A stretch of DNA of 64,000 bases from Sphaerochaetaceae bacterium (GTDB taxonomy: Bacteria; Spirochaetota; Spirochaetia; Sphaerochaetales; Sphaerochaetaceae). Location of the stretch: NCBI GenBank assembly GCA_963677225.1, contig OY781923.1, forward strand, positions 1,693,507 to 1,757,506, written 5' to 3'. The notes below the pieces were generated by a model. The model was not told the DNA's origin, ran no database searches, and saw only the letters and a list, made by a program, of their open reading frames with translations. Positions 46,062 to 54,155 of this stretch are shown piece after piece; position 1 is the stretch's first letter, and every line of letters starts with the position of its first letter. Made by a program: the position numbers and the translations under genes.

Positions 46062-47412
46062 CCTCGTATCGATACTGATCGGTTTTTTTGCGATAGCCAC
46101 AATGATCACGATCCATGAGGCAGGTCATTATCTCGGAGCGAGGATATCTCATATCGAGGTGGAAGTGTTCGCGATAGGATGGGGAAAGGCAATCAAGCGG
46201 TGGTACAAAAACGGTACCGAATACAGAATCAACCTTTTTATTCTCGGAGGGTACTGTAAACTCAAAGGCACAGATGATCTGGTCAGATCGATTCAAAGAG
46301 ACGACAGTTCTTTCACCACAATCGAAAAAGGGTCCTTATTCGCCGCATCTCCTCTCAAGAGAATCATAACCTACCTCGCAGGACCTCTTCAGAATCTGAT
46401 CTTCGCGGCGCTTTTGTTCACTTTCTTTTTCATGCTCGGATATGATCAATACAGTGATCCTCCCCGCATCCTTTTGACCGGAGATTACCCGAAGATTTAC
46501 AACACGAGTGTCGACAGTGCATTCGATGGAGGTCTGAGAAGCGAAGATATCATCACCTCGATAGACGGTGAGTCTATATCATCCTTTCAGCAGATCGCAT
46601 CTGTGGTCGCAGAATATGATGGAGATGGACCGTTATCAATTACGGTAGATCGTAACAGAGAAAAGCTGAACTTTCTGATAACACCCGAATTCGATTCTGA
46701 AAGCGGCCGGTATCTTCTGGGAATTACCAACGCATTGGAACCCGTTATCGATGAAATCGTCCCTCTTTCACCGGAAGCTGTCGCTAATATGGAAAGCGGT
46801 GATACAATTGTGGCGGTCAACGGGGTCGAAACACCTTTCACGATGGATGTAATCACTCAGCTGATAGATCCATCGTCACCTGTCGTCACTATGAAACTTC
46901 AGAAGACGAACAAAAATATCGAAGAGATCTCTTATCATCCGTTGATAGACGAATCTGGAAACACTACCTTGAACTTTTCATTTCAAAGAGAGATCGTCAG
47001 AATGAACGGAAGTTCCTTCACAGCCGCAGTCTCTCGCAGTATTGTTCATACTATCACCGCTATCAAGGATACAGCAGGGATGATCGTGCAGCTGTTCACG
47101 GGAGCTTTCAGTTTCTCAGATTCCCTTGCTGGGCCGGTCAGAATCTCCTATATCATCGGTGAGATGAGGACTGCAGGCCTGCGTGCATTCTTACAGCTTC
47201 TTGCAATGATTAGTATTTCACTTGGAGTTGCGAATCTGCTTCCTCTTCCGGGACTCGACGGAGGATCGATCATCCTCTCTCTCATAGAGCTGATCAGACA
47301 TAGATCATTCGGTCCAAGGATGTATGTGAGATTTCAGACATTCGGAATACTGATCCTTTCGATCCTGATGATCTTCGTTCTTTTCAGTGATGCGAAGTTC
47401 TTCTTTATGTAA
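46054..47412 (+). CDS. rseP: RIP site-2 metalloprotease RseP (M50 family with PDZ domains)
   Basis: HEAGHY, PDZ segments and NLLPLPGLDGG. The probable TTG start at 46054 follows GAGAGG and overlaps the dxr stop. The ORF-track start at 46000 lies inside dxr. Confidence 0.87.
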   Translation: MNSLVSILIGFFAIATMITIHEAGHYLGARISHIEVEVFAIGWGKAIKRWYKNGTEYRINLFILGGYCKLKGTDDLVRSIQRDDSSFTTIEKGSLFAASPLKRIITYLAGPLQNLIFAALLFTFFFMLGYDQYSDPPRILLTGDYPKIYNTSVDSAFDGGLRSEDIITSIDGESISSFQQIASVVAEYDGDGPLSITVDRNREKLNFLITPEFDSESGRYLLGITNALEPVIDEIVPLSPEAVANMESGDTIVAVNGVETPFTMDVITQLIDPSSPVVTMKLQKTNKNIEEISYHPLIDESGNTTLNFSFQREIVRMNGSSFTAAVSRSIVHTITAIKDTAGMIVQLFTGAFSFSDSLAGPVRISYIIGEMRTAGLRAFLQLLAMISISLGVANLLPLPGLDGGSIILSLIELIRHRSFGPRMYVRFQTFGILILSILMIFVLFSDAKFFFM

Positions 47413-47413
47413 C

Positions 47414-48796
47414 TTATCTTTCCAGATCTACGAACCTCACAAGCTGGTTCTGGAATCCCATCTTGATGACACCGGTCTCGCCGTTACGCTGCTTTGCCAG
47501 AATGACTTTCGTCTCCTGGACTGGAAATCCGTTCTGCATGATCTGCGGTTCGTTTTTCTTTGATGAATTATCGTTCTCACCATTATTGACGAGTCTGTCA
47601 CGATGCAGAAGTATAACGACATCGGCATCCTGTTCAACAGAACCTGATTCTCTCAGATTCGCAAGGTTCGGCTCTTTCCCCTCAGCATCACGGGAAACCT
47701 GAGACAGTGCAACAATCGGTATCTTCAGCTCTCTGGCAAGCGATTTGAGAGATCTGGATATCTCGGCAACCTGTTCATGTCGGGGAACGTTCGCATTTGA
47801 TTCGGGGTTGATAAGAGATATGTAGTCAATAAAGAGAATTTTGATATCTCGTTCTCTCTTCATTCTCCTAGCCTGACTTCTCAGGTCGAACAGCTTGATA
47901 TTCGGTGTATCCTGAATATAGAGTTTACCCAGATAGATCCTTCCCGCAGCATCTATGATGGCGTTCGTGTCCTGATTTCTCAAAACGGCAGAGCGAATCC
48001 GTTTCGAATCGACCCTTGATTCAGCTGCCAGTATTCTTTCCATGATAGCCATGGAAGTCATCTCTGCCGAGAAGAAGCCGACGGGAATTTTCCGGTGTAT
48101 CGCCATGTCTATTGCCATGGATATAGCAAAAGCGGTTTTACCGACAGAAGGTCTTGCACCGATGACGATGAATTCACTCGGCTGGAAACCGCCGGTCATA
48201 TCATCAAGCTGCGAAAATCCGGTCTTTATACCATCGGTGTTACCGTGTTTCAATCTTTCCATCAGCAGATCGACGGTCGATTTAACAAGAATCGATCCGT
48301 CCTGATATTTCTCGGCAAAACTGGTACTGCTTGTCTGCAGGTCACTCAGACTGCGCTCACCTTCATCGAGAAGGTTCGCGATATCTTTAGATTCATCGAA
48401 TACATTATCGAAAAGAGAACTGCTGAATTTGATCAGAGATCTTCTCAGTGACAGAGATCTGACGATCTGAGCATAATAGACAGCATTTGTGGTGGTCGGC
48501 ACGTTGCTCGTAAGACTCGCGATGTATGCCATGCCGCCACATAGTTCGAGCAGATTTTTGCTCTTCAGATAGTCGGTGATAGTGATCAGATCGATGATCT
48601 GACCACTGTGGTCCTGTTGAAAGGAGATAACCGCATCGAATAATGCCTGATGTGAAGGTGAATAGAAATCCTCTCTGCGAAGATTTTCTATCACCTCATT
48701 AAACGCATCGGAACTGAGAAGGATCGCTCCCAACACTGCCCTTTCGGCGTCATCATTATGCGGAGGCACCCGGCCTCCATCTATATTCAATGCCAT
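47414..48796 (-). CDS. dnaB: Replicative DNA helicase DnaB
   Basis: PPHNDDAERAVLGAIL, Walker A GARPSVGKT and IDYISL. 460 aa. Confidence 0.95.
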   Translation of the reverse strand: MALNIDGGRVPPHNDDAERAVLGAILLSSDAFNEVIENLRREDFYSPSHQALFDAVISFQQDHSGQIIDLITITDYLKSKNLLELCGGMAYIASLTSNVPTTTNAVYYAQIVRSLSLRRSLIKFSSSLFDNVFDESKDIANLLDEGERSLSDLQTSSTSFAEKYQDGSILVKSTVDLLMERLKHGNTDGIKTGFSQLDDMTGGFQPSEFIVIGARPSVGKTAFAISMAIDMAIHRKIPVGFFSAEMTSMAIMERILAAESRVDSKRIRSAVLRNQDTNAIIDAAGRIYLGKLYIQDTPNIKLFDLRSQARRMKRERDIKILFIDYISLINPESNANVPRHEQVAEISRSLKSLARELKIPIVALSQVSRDAEGKEPNLANLRESGSVEQDADVVILLHRDRLVNNGENDNSSKKNEPQIMQNGFPVQETKVILAKQRNGETGVIKMGFQNQLVRFVDLER

Positions 48797-48807
48797 GAGT
48801 ATCTAAC

Positions 48808-49374
48808 CTACTCCTCTGTTTCTACAGTTTCTTCTTCAACAGCGGCTTCTTCTGCAGCTTCTTTCTCGGCTTCAGCTTTTGCTTCCTTCTCGGCGGCCAA
48901 TTTTTCTGCTTCCTCTTTCTTCACTTCAGCTTCACTTTTCACCACGAGTTTCACTGTTGCACTCTCACCTTCGTAAAGGCGGACTTTCACAGAATAGGTT
49001 CCGACCATCTTGATATCGTGAGAGGCCACCTCGATCCGTTTCTTTTCGATCTCGATGCCCTGTTTGGCCAGCGCTTCCTGGATCATCGTGTTTGTGACAG
49101 ATCCGAAGAGCTTTCCTGATTCACCTGAAGAGACGACCAGAGTCAGTGTCAGAGAATCAAGATTCTCCTTCAGTGAAGCCGCAGCTTTTCTCTTCTCTTC
49201 TTTTTTCTTCTCGATAGCTGCAGCCTTCCCGGCAAAGATCGCCTGATTGGTCTTGTTCCATACTACAGCAATATTTTTAGGAAGCAAGTAGTTACGTGCA
49301 TAGCCGTCTTTTACTACTACGACATCCCCTTCTTCACCCAGATTATGTGTATCCTGGTTTAATATAATTTTCAT
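48808..49374 (-). CDS. rplI: 50S ribosomal protein L9 with ~40-aa Glu/Lys/Ala-rich C-terminal extension
   Basis: MKIILNQDTHNLGEEGDVVVVKDGYARNYLLP. The core is about 148 aa and is followed by SEAEVKKEEAEKLAAEKEAKAEAEKEAAEEAAVEEETVETEE. Confidence 0.93.
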   Translation of the reverse strand: MKIILNQDTHNLGEEGDVVVVKDGYARNYLLPKNIAVVWNKTNQAIFAGKAAAIEKKKEEKRKAAASLKENLDSLTLTLVVSSGESGKLFGSVTNTMIQEALAKQGIEIEKKRIEVASHDIKMVGTYSVKVRLYEGESATVKLVVKSEAEVKKEEAEKLAAEKEAKAEAEKEAAEEAAVEEETVETEE

Positions 49375-49386
49375 AAGTCTATCTCC

Positions 49387-50334
49387 TTACTCGTTCTTTC
49401 TATATGTGATCCACGTTTCACTGACTCCCAGCAGAGGAAGTGCAATGATGAACACCACATTCGCACCCGGCAGAATCATCAACACTATTCCCAAAAAGAA
49501 CATTCTCACAACCCGTATCTGTTCGAATTTTCGTTTCAAAAGATACGTAGCAATCGAAAGTCCCTGAACCGCATATAACAAAGCAACCACACCGGTTATA
49601 TTATATGCGACATTCTCAAGAAGCACCGAATCCGCCACATATGATATCAATACAGCACTCATCCCCGAAAGGAGGACCCAGATACTCTGATGCGGAATAC
49701 TCCAGTGAACCAGCGACTGTTCCAGAGATGGAGAGTTACGTCTCTTTATGACCTCACTGATCAGTAAAGCCAGACCGAACTGACCGGTAATAAAGGGCAA
49801 TCCCAGTTTACCTATCACCGAACCGACGAATGCTCCAAGCTCCTGTGCACTCATGACCTGAACCTGCTGCTGCACGAACATAGTCATAAATGAACTCAGT
49901 ATATCGTTGTACACCTCTAATGTACGAGATGCACTGGCACTATTCCCAAGCAGCCATATCAACATCGCAAATCCCGCAACAACCGCAAAGGAAATCGAAT
50001 AGAAGAACCGTTCGATATTCTTTCGTCCGTATGTTGCGATCCAAATACCACTCGCAACGAGCATCGATAACGGAGTATATAATCCTACGATCAATAAACC
50101 GGTATTCTGCCCGTCCTGTAATACATTTGCCAACTGAACTGCATGAAATCCTATCACGAACAGGATCACTGCAGCCACACCGTACAGAAATTTCCGTACA
50201 GGTTGAACCTTTTCAAAAACCAACAACAGAGGCAAAATCGACAAGAACGCCGAAGAAGAAACCACGTAGATCACTATAGAAGCCAGCACAGGGATTCCGA
50301 CATAGCGTACCGTGTCATTGGTCTGCCATTGCAT
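49387..50334 (-). CDS. Polytopic membrane protein, YybS/DUF2232-like
   Basis: 315 aa with about 8 hydrophobic helices. Its position between rpsR and rplI matches the yybS position in the Firmicutes rpsF-ssb-rpsR-yybS-gdpP-rplI-dnaB cluster. The family assignment rests on synteny and topology only. Confidence 0.55.
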   Translation of the reverse strand: MQWQTNDTVRYVGIPVLASIVIYVVSSSAFLSILPLLLVFEKVQPVRKFLYGVAAVILFVIGFHAVQLANVLQDGQNTGLLIVGLYTPLSMLVASGIWIATYGRKNIERFFYSISFAVVAGFAMLIWLLGNSASASRTLEVYNDILSSFMTMFVQQQVQVMSAQELGAFVGSVIGKLGLPFITGQFGLALLISEVIKRRNSPSLEQSLVHWSIPHQSIWVLLSGMSAVLISYVADSVLLENVAYNITGVVALLYAVQGLSIATYLLKRKFEQIRVVRMFFLGIVLMILPGANVVFIIALPLLGVSETWITYRKNE

Positions 50335-50343
50335 ATACTTCCC

Positions 50344-50652
50344 CTATTTTCTGTCAAATGGGAGGTATGCAAGGACACGAGCTCTCTTGATCTCGGTAGT
50401 CAGAGCTCTCTGATGTTTTGCACAGTTGCCGGTTATTCTGCTGGGGAGGATCTTTCCTCTTTCGGTGACATATCTTCTCAGCATATCCGGATTTTTGTAA
50501 TCTGCTACGAGATTCTGAGTACAGAACTTACAGACTTTCTTCTTGTAAGGTCCACGCTTCGGAGAATATCTTCTTTCCCGATTCGGTGAGCTGTTTGACC
50601 GCTCCCGATCATCTTTTTCATAACTTTTTGCATTATCATTATCATCACGCAT
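50344..50652 (-). CDS. rpsR: 30S ribosomal protein S18 (with ~25-aa N-terminal extension)
   Basis: [59 protein letters not shown]. Confidence 0.93.
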   Translation of the reverse strand: MRDDNDNAKSYEKDDRERSNSSPNRERRYSPKRGPYKKKVCKFCTQNLVADYKNPDMLRRYVTERGKILPSRITGNCAKHQRALTTEIKRARVLAYLPFDRK

Positions 50653-50676
50653 GACAGTTTAACTCCTCATCAAAAT

Positions 50677-51153
50677 TTAAAATGGAATATCATCATCGAA
50701 CTGTTCCGGTCCGGGGAACGACGGGGTATCCGCAGTTCTGCCCTGAGGAGCAGATACAGGTCTTGTATTCTGCTGACCGTAGGAACGATTCTCCGATCTC
50801 TGTGACGGCTGGCCGTTCGATGCATTGCCGCCGCCTAACAATTGAATGGAATTAGCAACAATCTCGATCCGTGATCTGGATTGGCCATCCTGCTCCCACC
50901 GGTTCTGTCTCAGTTCACCACTGACACACACCTGCCGGCCTTTGGAAAGGTACGGGTTCAGAACTTCGGCTTGTTTTCCCCAGACTACAACATCGAAAAA
51001 ACTGACCTCTTCTTCTCTCTGATCGCCTGACCTCTTTATGCGATTTACTGCGAGAGAGAAACGGCCTACTGCTGTTCCACTGTTCAAGTATCTGAGTTCG
51101 ATCTCACGTGTGAGACGTCCAACGAGCACGACGTTATTGATATCATTTGCCAT
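50677..51153 (-). CDS. ssb: Single-stranded DNA-binding protein
   Basis: OB fold (NNVVLVGRLTREIELRY), a Gly/Gln/Pro-rich linker and the acidic tip DDDIPF. Confidence 0.95.
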   Translation of the reverse strand: MANDINNVVLVGRLTREIELRYLNSGTAVGRFSLAVNRIKRSGDQREEEVSFFDVVVWGKQAEVLNPYLSKGRQVCVSGELRQNRWEQDGQSRSRIEIVANSIQLLGGGNASNGQPSQRSENRSYGQQNTRPVSAPQGRTADTPSFPGPEQFDDDIPF

Positions 51154-51179
51154 ACAATTGTCCTTTTTTACTTAGACTT

Positions 51180-51461
51180 TTAGTTGTCTTTCAGAACGAA
51201 CAAGAATTTGTACACCGGCTGCATCAGACGAAAAGCATTCGAGAACGCATTGATCGATGCGGGCTCTGCAGCGATTTCGAAATAGTGGTAGTGTCCTTTG
51301 TCTTGCTTTTTGATGGGGTATGCGAGGTTTCTCACGCCCATGTCATCATGTTTGGTGATTTCCACTTGACCTGTCGCCAATTCTTTTTCGACAAGCTCAA
51401 GACCTTTTGCCGTAGTCTCTTCGTTTGCTTCGAAGATTACGGTTAATTCATAGTTTCTCAT
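51180..51461 (-). CDS. rpsF: 30S ribosomal protein S6
   Basis: ORF trimmed to ATG 51461, preceded by GGAGGA. MRNYELTVIFEANEE...GVRNLAYPIKK. Confidence 0.93.
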   Translation of the reverse strand: MRNYELTVIFEANEETTAKGLELVEKELATGQVEITKHDDMGVRNLAYPIKKQDKGHYHYFEIAAEPASINAFSNAFRLMQPVYKFLFVLKDN

Positions 51462-51584
51462 AGTTCCTCCTTGCGGACTAATAGATCCACCCACGGTGGA
51501 TAAAGAGGTCAAGATACCCTAACATGAGAAGTATAAAGAGTCAATAATATCACTGAGGCTCACATCAAATTCCTTCCCGTCCGG

Positions 51585-51619
51585 ATGAAAAAATAACCCG
51601 CCGGAGCGACCGACGGGTT
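51585..51619 (-). terminator. Rho-independent terminator after the micro-ORF
   Basis: The minus strand reads AACCCGTCGG-TCGCT-CCGGCGGGTT, a 10-bp stem with one G-U pair, followed by ATTTTTTC. It lies 20 nt after the micro-ORF stop. Confidence 0.7.
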
Positions 51620-51639
51620 TGATCAAGATTGCAGAAGAT

Positions 51640-51732
51640 CTATTTCTTCTTCTTATGTCTATTCATTCTAAGCTTTTTCTTTCGCTTATGTGTGGCAATC
51701 TTATGTCTTTTTCTTTTTCTTCCACAAGGCAC
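51640..51732 (-). CDS. 30-aa highly basic protein, bS22/mS38 (AURKAIP1/COX24)-like small ribosomal protein candidate
   Basis: Below the ORF-track size cutoff. AAGGAG, then 7 nt, then GTG at 51732. My translation is MPCGRKRKRHKIATHKRKKKLRMNRHKKKK, ending at stop 51640-51642. It has its own promoter-like element and a strong terminator. Confidence 0.6.
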   Translation of the reverse strand: MPCGRKRKRHKIATHKRKKKLRMNRHKKKK

Positions 51733-51778
51733 AATAGGACTCCTTACCGATAAGATATAAATTGTAATTACGTTGGCC

Positions 51779-51807
51779 ATTATGATGGCTAAGGACGTTT
51801 AGGTCAA
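51779..51807 (-). promoter_or_regulatory. Candidate promoter of the micro-ORF (TTGACC-17 nt-CATAAT)
   Basis: On the minus strand, TTGACC lies at plus 51802-51807 and CATAAT at plus 51779-51784, with a 17-nt spacer about 45 nt upstream of the GTG. Confidence 0.4.
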
Positions 51808-51860
51808 GTGGGATCGCCTCCGCTATGAAAAACTTGTCGGTTATACTATACTTCCATCAT

Positions 51861-53123
51861 ATGAACGTCCTGATTTTCGGCCTTGGAAACCATAAGGGAG
51901 GATACAGTGCCGCCCGATACTATCTCTCTCGGGGAGATTCTGTCAGAGTAACCGACCTCAGAGAAGAAGCCTATCTCAAACCGGATGTCGATACCTTGAA
52001 AAGACTCGGAGCATCCTTCACTCTCACCAGACATGATAAAAGCGATTTCGAATGGGCTGACCTTGTCATCAAAAATCCCGCAGTGGCACAGAACAATCCT
52101 TTTCTGACGATGGCAAAGAACATCTCGACCGACATCATCGAACTGTGTCTGGCAGCCGGTAAACGAAAGAACGTTCATCTGATAGGGATAACCGGAACGA
52201 AAGGGAAATCATCGACAGCACACACGATCTATCATCAGCTTCTGTGCCATAAGGAGAAAGCACTTTTGTGCGGGAACATCGGCATCAGCGCATTTACGAT
52301 CATTGATCAAGTTCTGCAGAATCGGGGCGATCCCCTCTACATCGTGATGGAACTCTCCTCTTGGCAGATTCATGATCTGTATACCTTTCTCCCTGGTGAA
52401 CGACCACTCTTTCATTCGCTGATACTCACCTCACTCTATCCTGATCATCTCGATGCATACGCTTCGACTGAATCATATTATCGTGACAAGATGCTTCTTT
52501 TCGACTTTCCCGGCAGTCACCTCTTTATGGCAGCACAGAGCATCAAAGCCCTTGAGGATTTGAATATCCCGCATCCTTCCAACATCAGGATAGTCGACAG
52601 CAACTCAGCTCTCATCACGGCAGTACTCACTGAATTCGGTCTGAGTGAACAGAGCATCAGAGAATCTTACAGAAAAATACCGCATCTTCCTCATCGAAAA
52701 GAGATTGTAAGAACTACAGGGAAGGTCACCTGGATAAACGACAGCAGTGCCACGATCCCCCAGGCATCGGATTACAGTGTCAGAACCCTCGACTTTCCAT
52801 ATATTCTCATCTGCGGAGGTTCCGAGAAGAACAGCGAGATACCGCTTTTCCATGATGCTCTGACAGGAGCATCTCATCTGATACTGATAGAAGGAACTTT
52901 CACACGATCGAGGCTGCTGCCGTATATCACAAGTCTGGCACTTCCTTTCAGCGGACCGTACAGTGATATGACAACGATCGTAAAGGAAGCATCAGAAATC
53001 GCAAACAGAGACGGTCGGAAAATCACCGTCATACTGTCACCGGGTGCGGCCTCATTCGGCCCGTTCAGAAATTCCGATGACAGAGGCAGGCAGTTCACCG
53101 AATGTGTCGGCCGCCTCCTTTAG
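51861..53123 (+). CDS. murD: UDP-N-acetylmuramoyl-L-alanine--D-glutamate ligase
   Basis: N terminus MNVLIFGLGNHKGG, the Mur ligase P-loop GITGTKGKSST and a C-terminal domain. ATG 51861 is preferred over the ORF-track ATG 51825. Neither has a clear RBS. Confidence 0.87.
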   Translation: MNVLIFGLGNHKGGYSAARYYLSRGDSVRVTDLREEAYLKPDVDTLKRLGASFTLTRHDKSDFEWADLVIKNPAVAQNNPFLTMAKNISTDIIELCLAAGKRKNVHLIGITGTKGKSSTAHTIYHQLLCHKEKALLCGNIGISAFTIIDQVLQNRGDPLYIVMELSSWQIHDLYTFLPGERPLFHSLILTSLYPDHLDAYASTESYYRDKMLLFDFPGSHLFMAAQSIKALEDLNIPHPSNIRIVDSNSALITAVLTEFGLSEQSIRESYRKIPHLPHRKEIVRTTGKVTWINDSSATIPQASDYSVRTLDFPYILICGGSEKNSEIPLFHDALTGASHLILIEGTFTRSRLLPYITSLALPFSGPYSDMTTIVKEASEIANRDGRKITVILSPGAASFGPFRNSDDRGRQFTECVGRLL

Positions 53124-54147
53124 ATTTTCGTTTTTTCAGGATCTTATAGCGGAGAGCTTCGGCCCTCGAGTAAAGAGAATAGAGAAACGGCCTGCGAATA
53201 TAATCGGTACTGGGCTGACGATAGAATATAGTCCCTCCGAAGCTCTGTTTGAACAGCGTAAGACTCTCAAGATGAGAGCCTTTGGAGAAAGGTCCTGCAA
53301 CTCCGTGAAAATCAAAATAGAGACAGCCTCTCTCACATGCTTCCCGGACAGACCGGTCCAAAAGAGGATATCCCGGAGAAATACCGCTGATGCGTTTAGT
53401 AGCTCCGAGAAGATAGACACAGACATTGTCTGAACAGATCGTGATGACACCACCGGAGAGTACTCCGTTATGAAATGCCAGAAAGAACGGGCACTTTTCT
53501 CTTATTGCAGGATCGTGAACCAGACGACTGATGTATTGTTTCGTCCGGGGAGAAAAACCGTCACGTTGTGCTGTCTCTCTGTATAATTCATACCACCGCT
53601 CGAACAGGAGTTTATCCCCCTGATATCTGATGATGGCAAGGTCCTGTCGAACCGCATTGCGTATCGCACGGCGAGCCCTTTTTCTGTAGAGAGAGCGTAC
53701 TTTCTCGTATCCTTCTTTGAGATCGATGATACTGGTAGCCTGCGGCTGGACCGATTCCTCGCATTCTCTGATACGTCTGCCGCTGATAGATACAATATTC
53801 TGTTCATCCGTATAGGTAAATGGAAGATCGTAACGGATCATCACAACAGAATGCGGAAGAAAACGACAGAGACTCTCAGAAAAGCTCTGAAAGTCTCCAT
53901 TATTCAAGAGTAGAGTCTGTACCGTATGCGGACAGAACGGAATATATGCGATATGGAACAGCCTTCCGATCGGACGGATGAGAATCAGCAGATTCTCACA
54001 TAGATCATAGCTTCGACTCTCAAGATGCAAAGCAACTGCAGTCCATCCGTTGATCTGTTTCAGATATGCCCAGGGAGGACTCTGAAAAGGGTGTCCATCA
54101 GAAGACAGCATCTCTATTTCGATGGATGAGATATCCATATCATTCAT
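53095..54147 (-). CDS. FemAB/FemX-family peptidoglycan aminoacyltransferase-like protein
   Basis: 350 aa. FLAFHNGVLSGGVITICSDNVCVYLLGAT...GISPGYPLLDRSVREACERGCLYFDFHGV and FKQSFGG resemble the FemABX/GNAT-like fold. It is convergent with murD and overlaps it by 29 nt. Confidence 0.75.
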   Translation of the reverse strand: MNDMDISSIEIEMLSSDGHPFQSPPWAYLKQINGWTAVALHLESRSYDLCENLLILIRPIGRLFHIAYIPFCPHTVQTLLLNNGDFQSFSESLCRFLPHSVVMIRYDLPFTYTDEQNIVSISGRRIRECEESVQPQATSIIDLKEGYEKVRSLYRKRARRAIRNAVRQDLAIIRYQGDKLLFERWYELYRETAQRDGFSPRTKQYISRLVHDPAIREKCPFFLAFHNGVLSGGVITICSDNVCVYLLGATKRISGISPGYPLLDRSVREACERGCLYFDFHGVAGPFSKGSHLESLTLFKQSFGGTIFYRQPSTDYIRRPFLYSLYSRAEALRYKILKKRKSKGGGRHIR

Positions 54148-54155
54148 ATGGTTCT

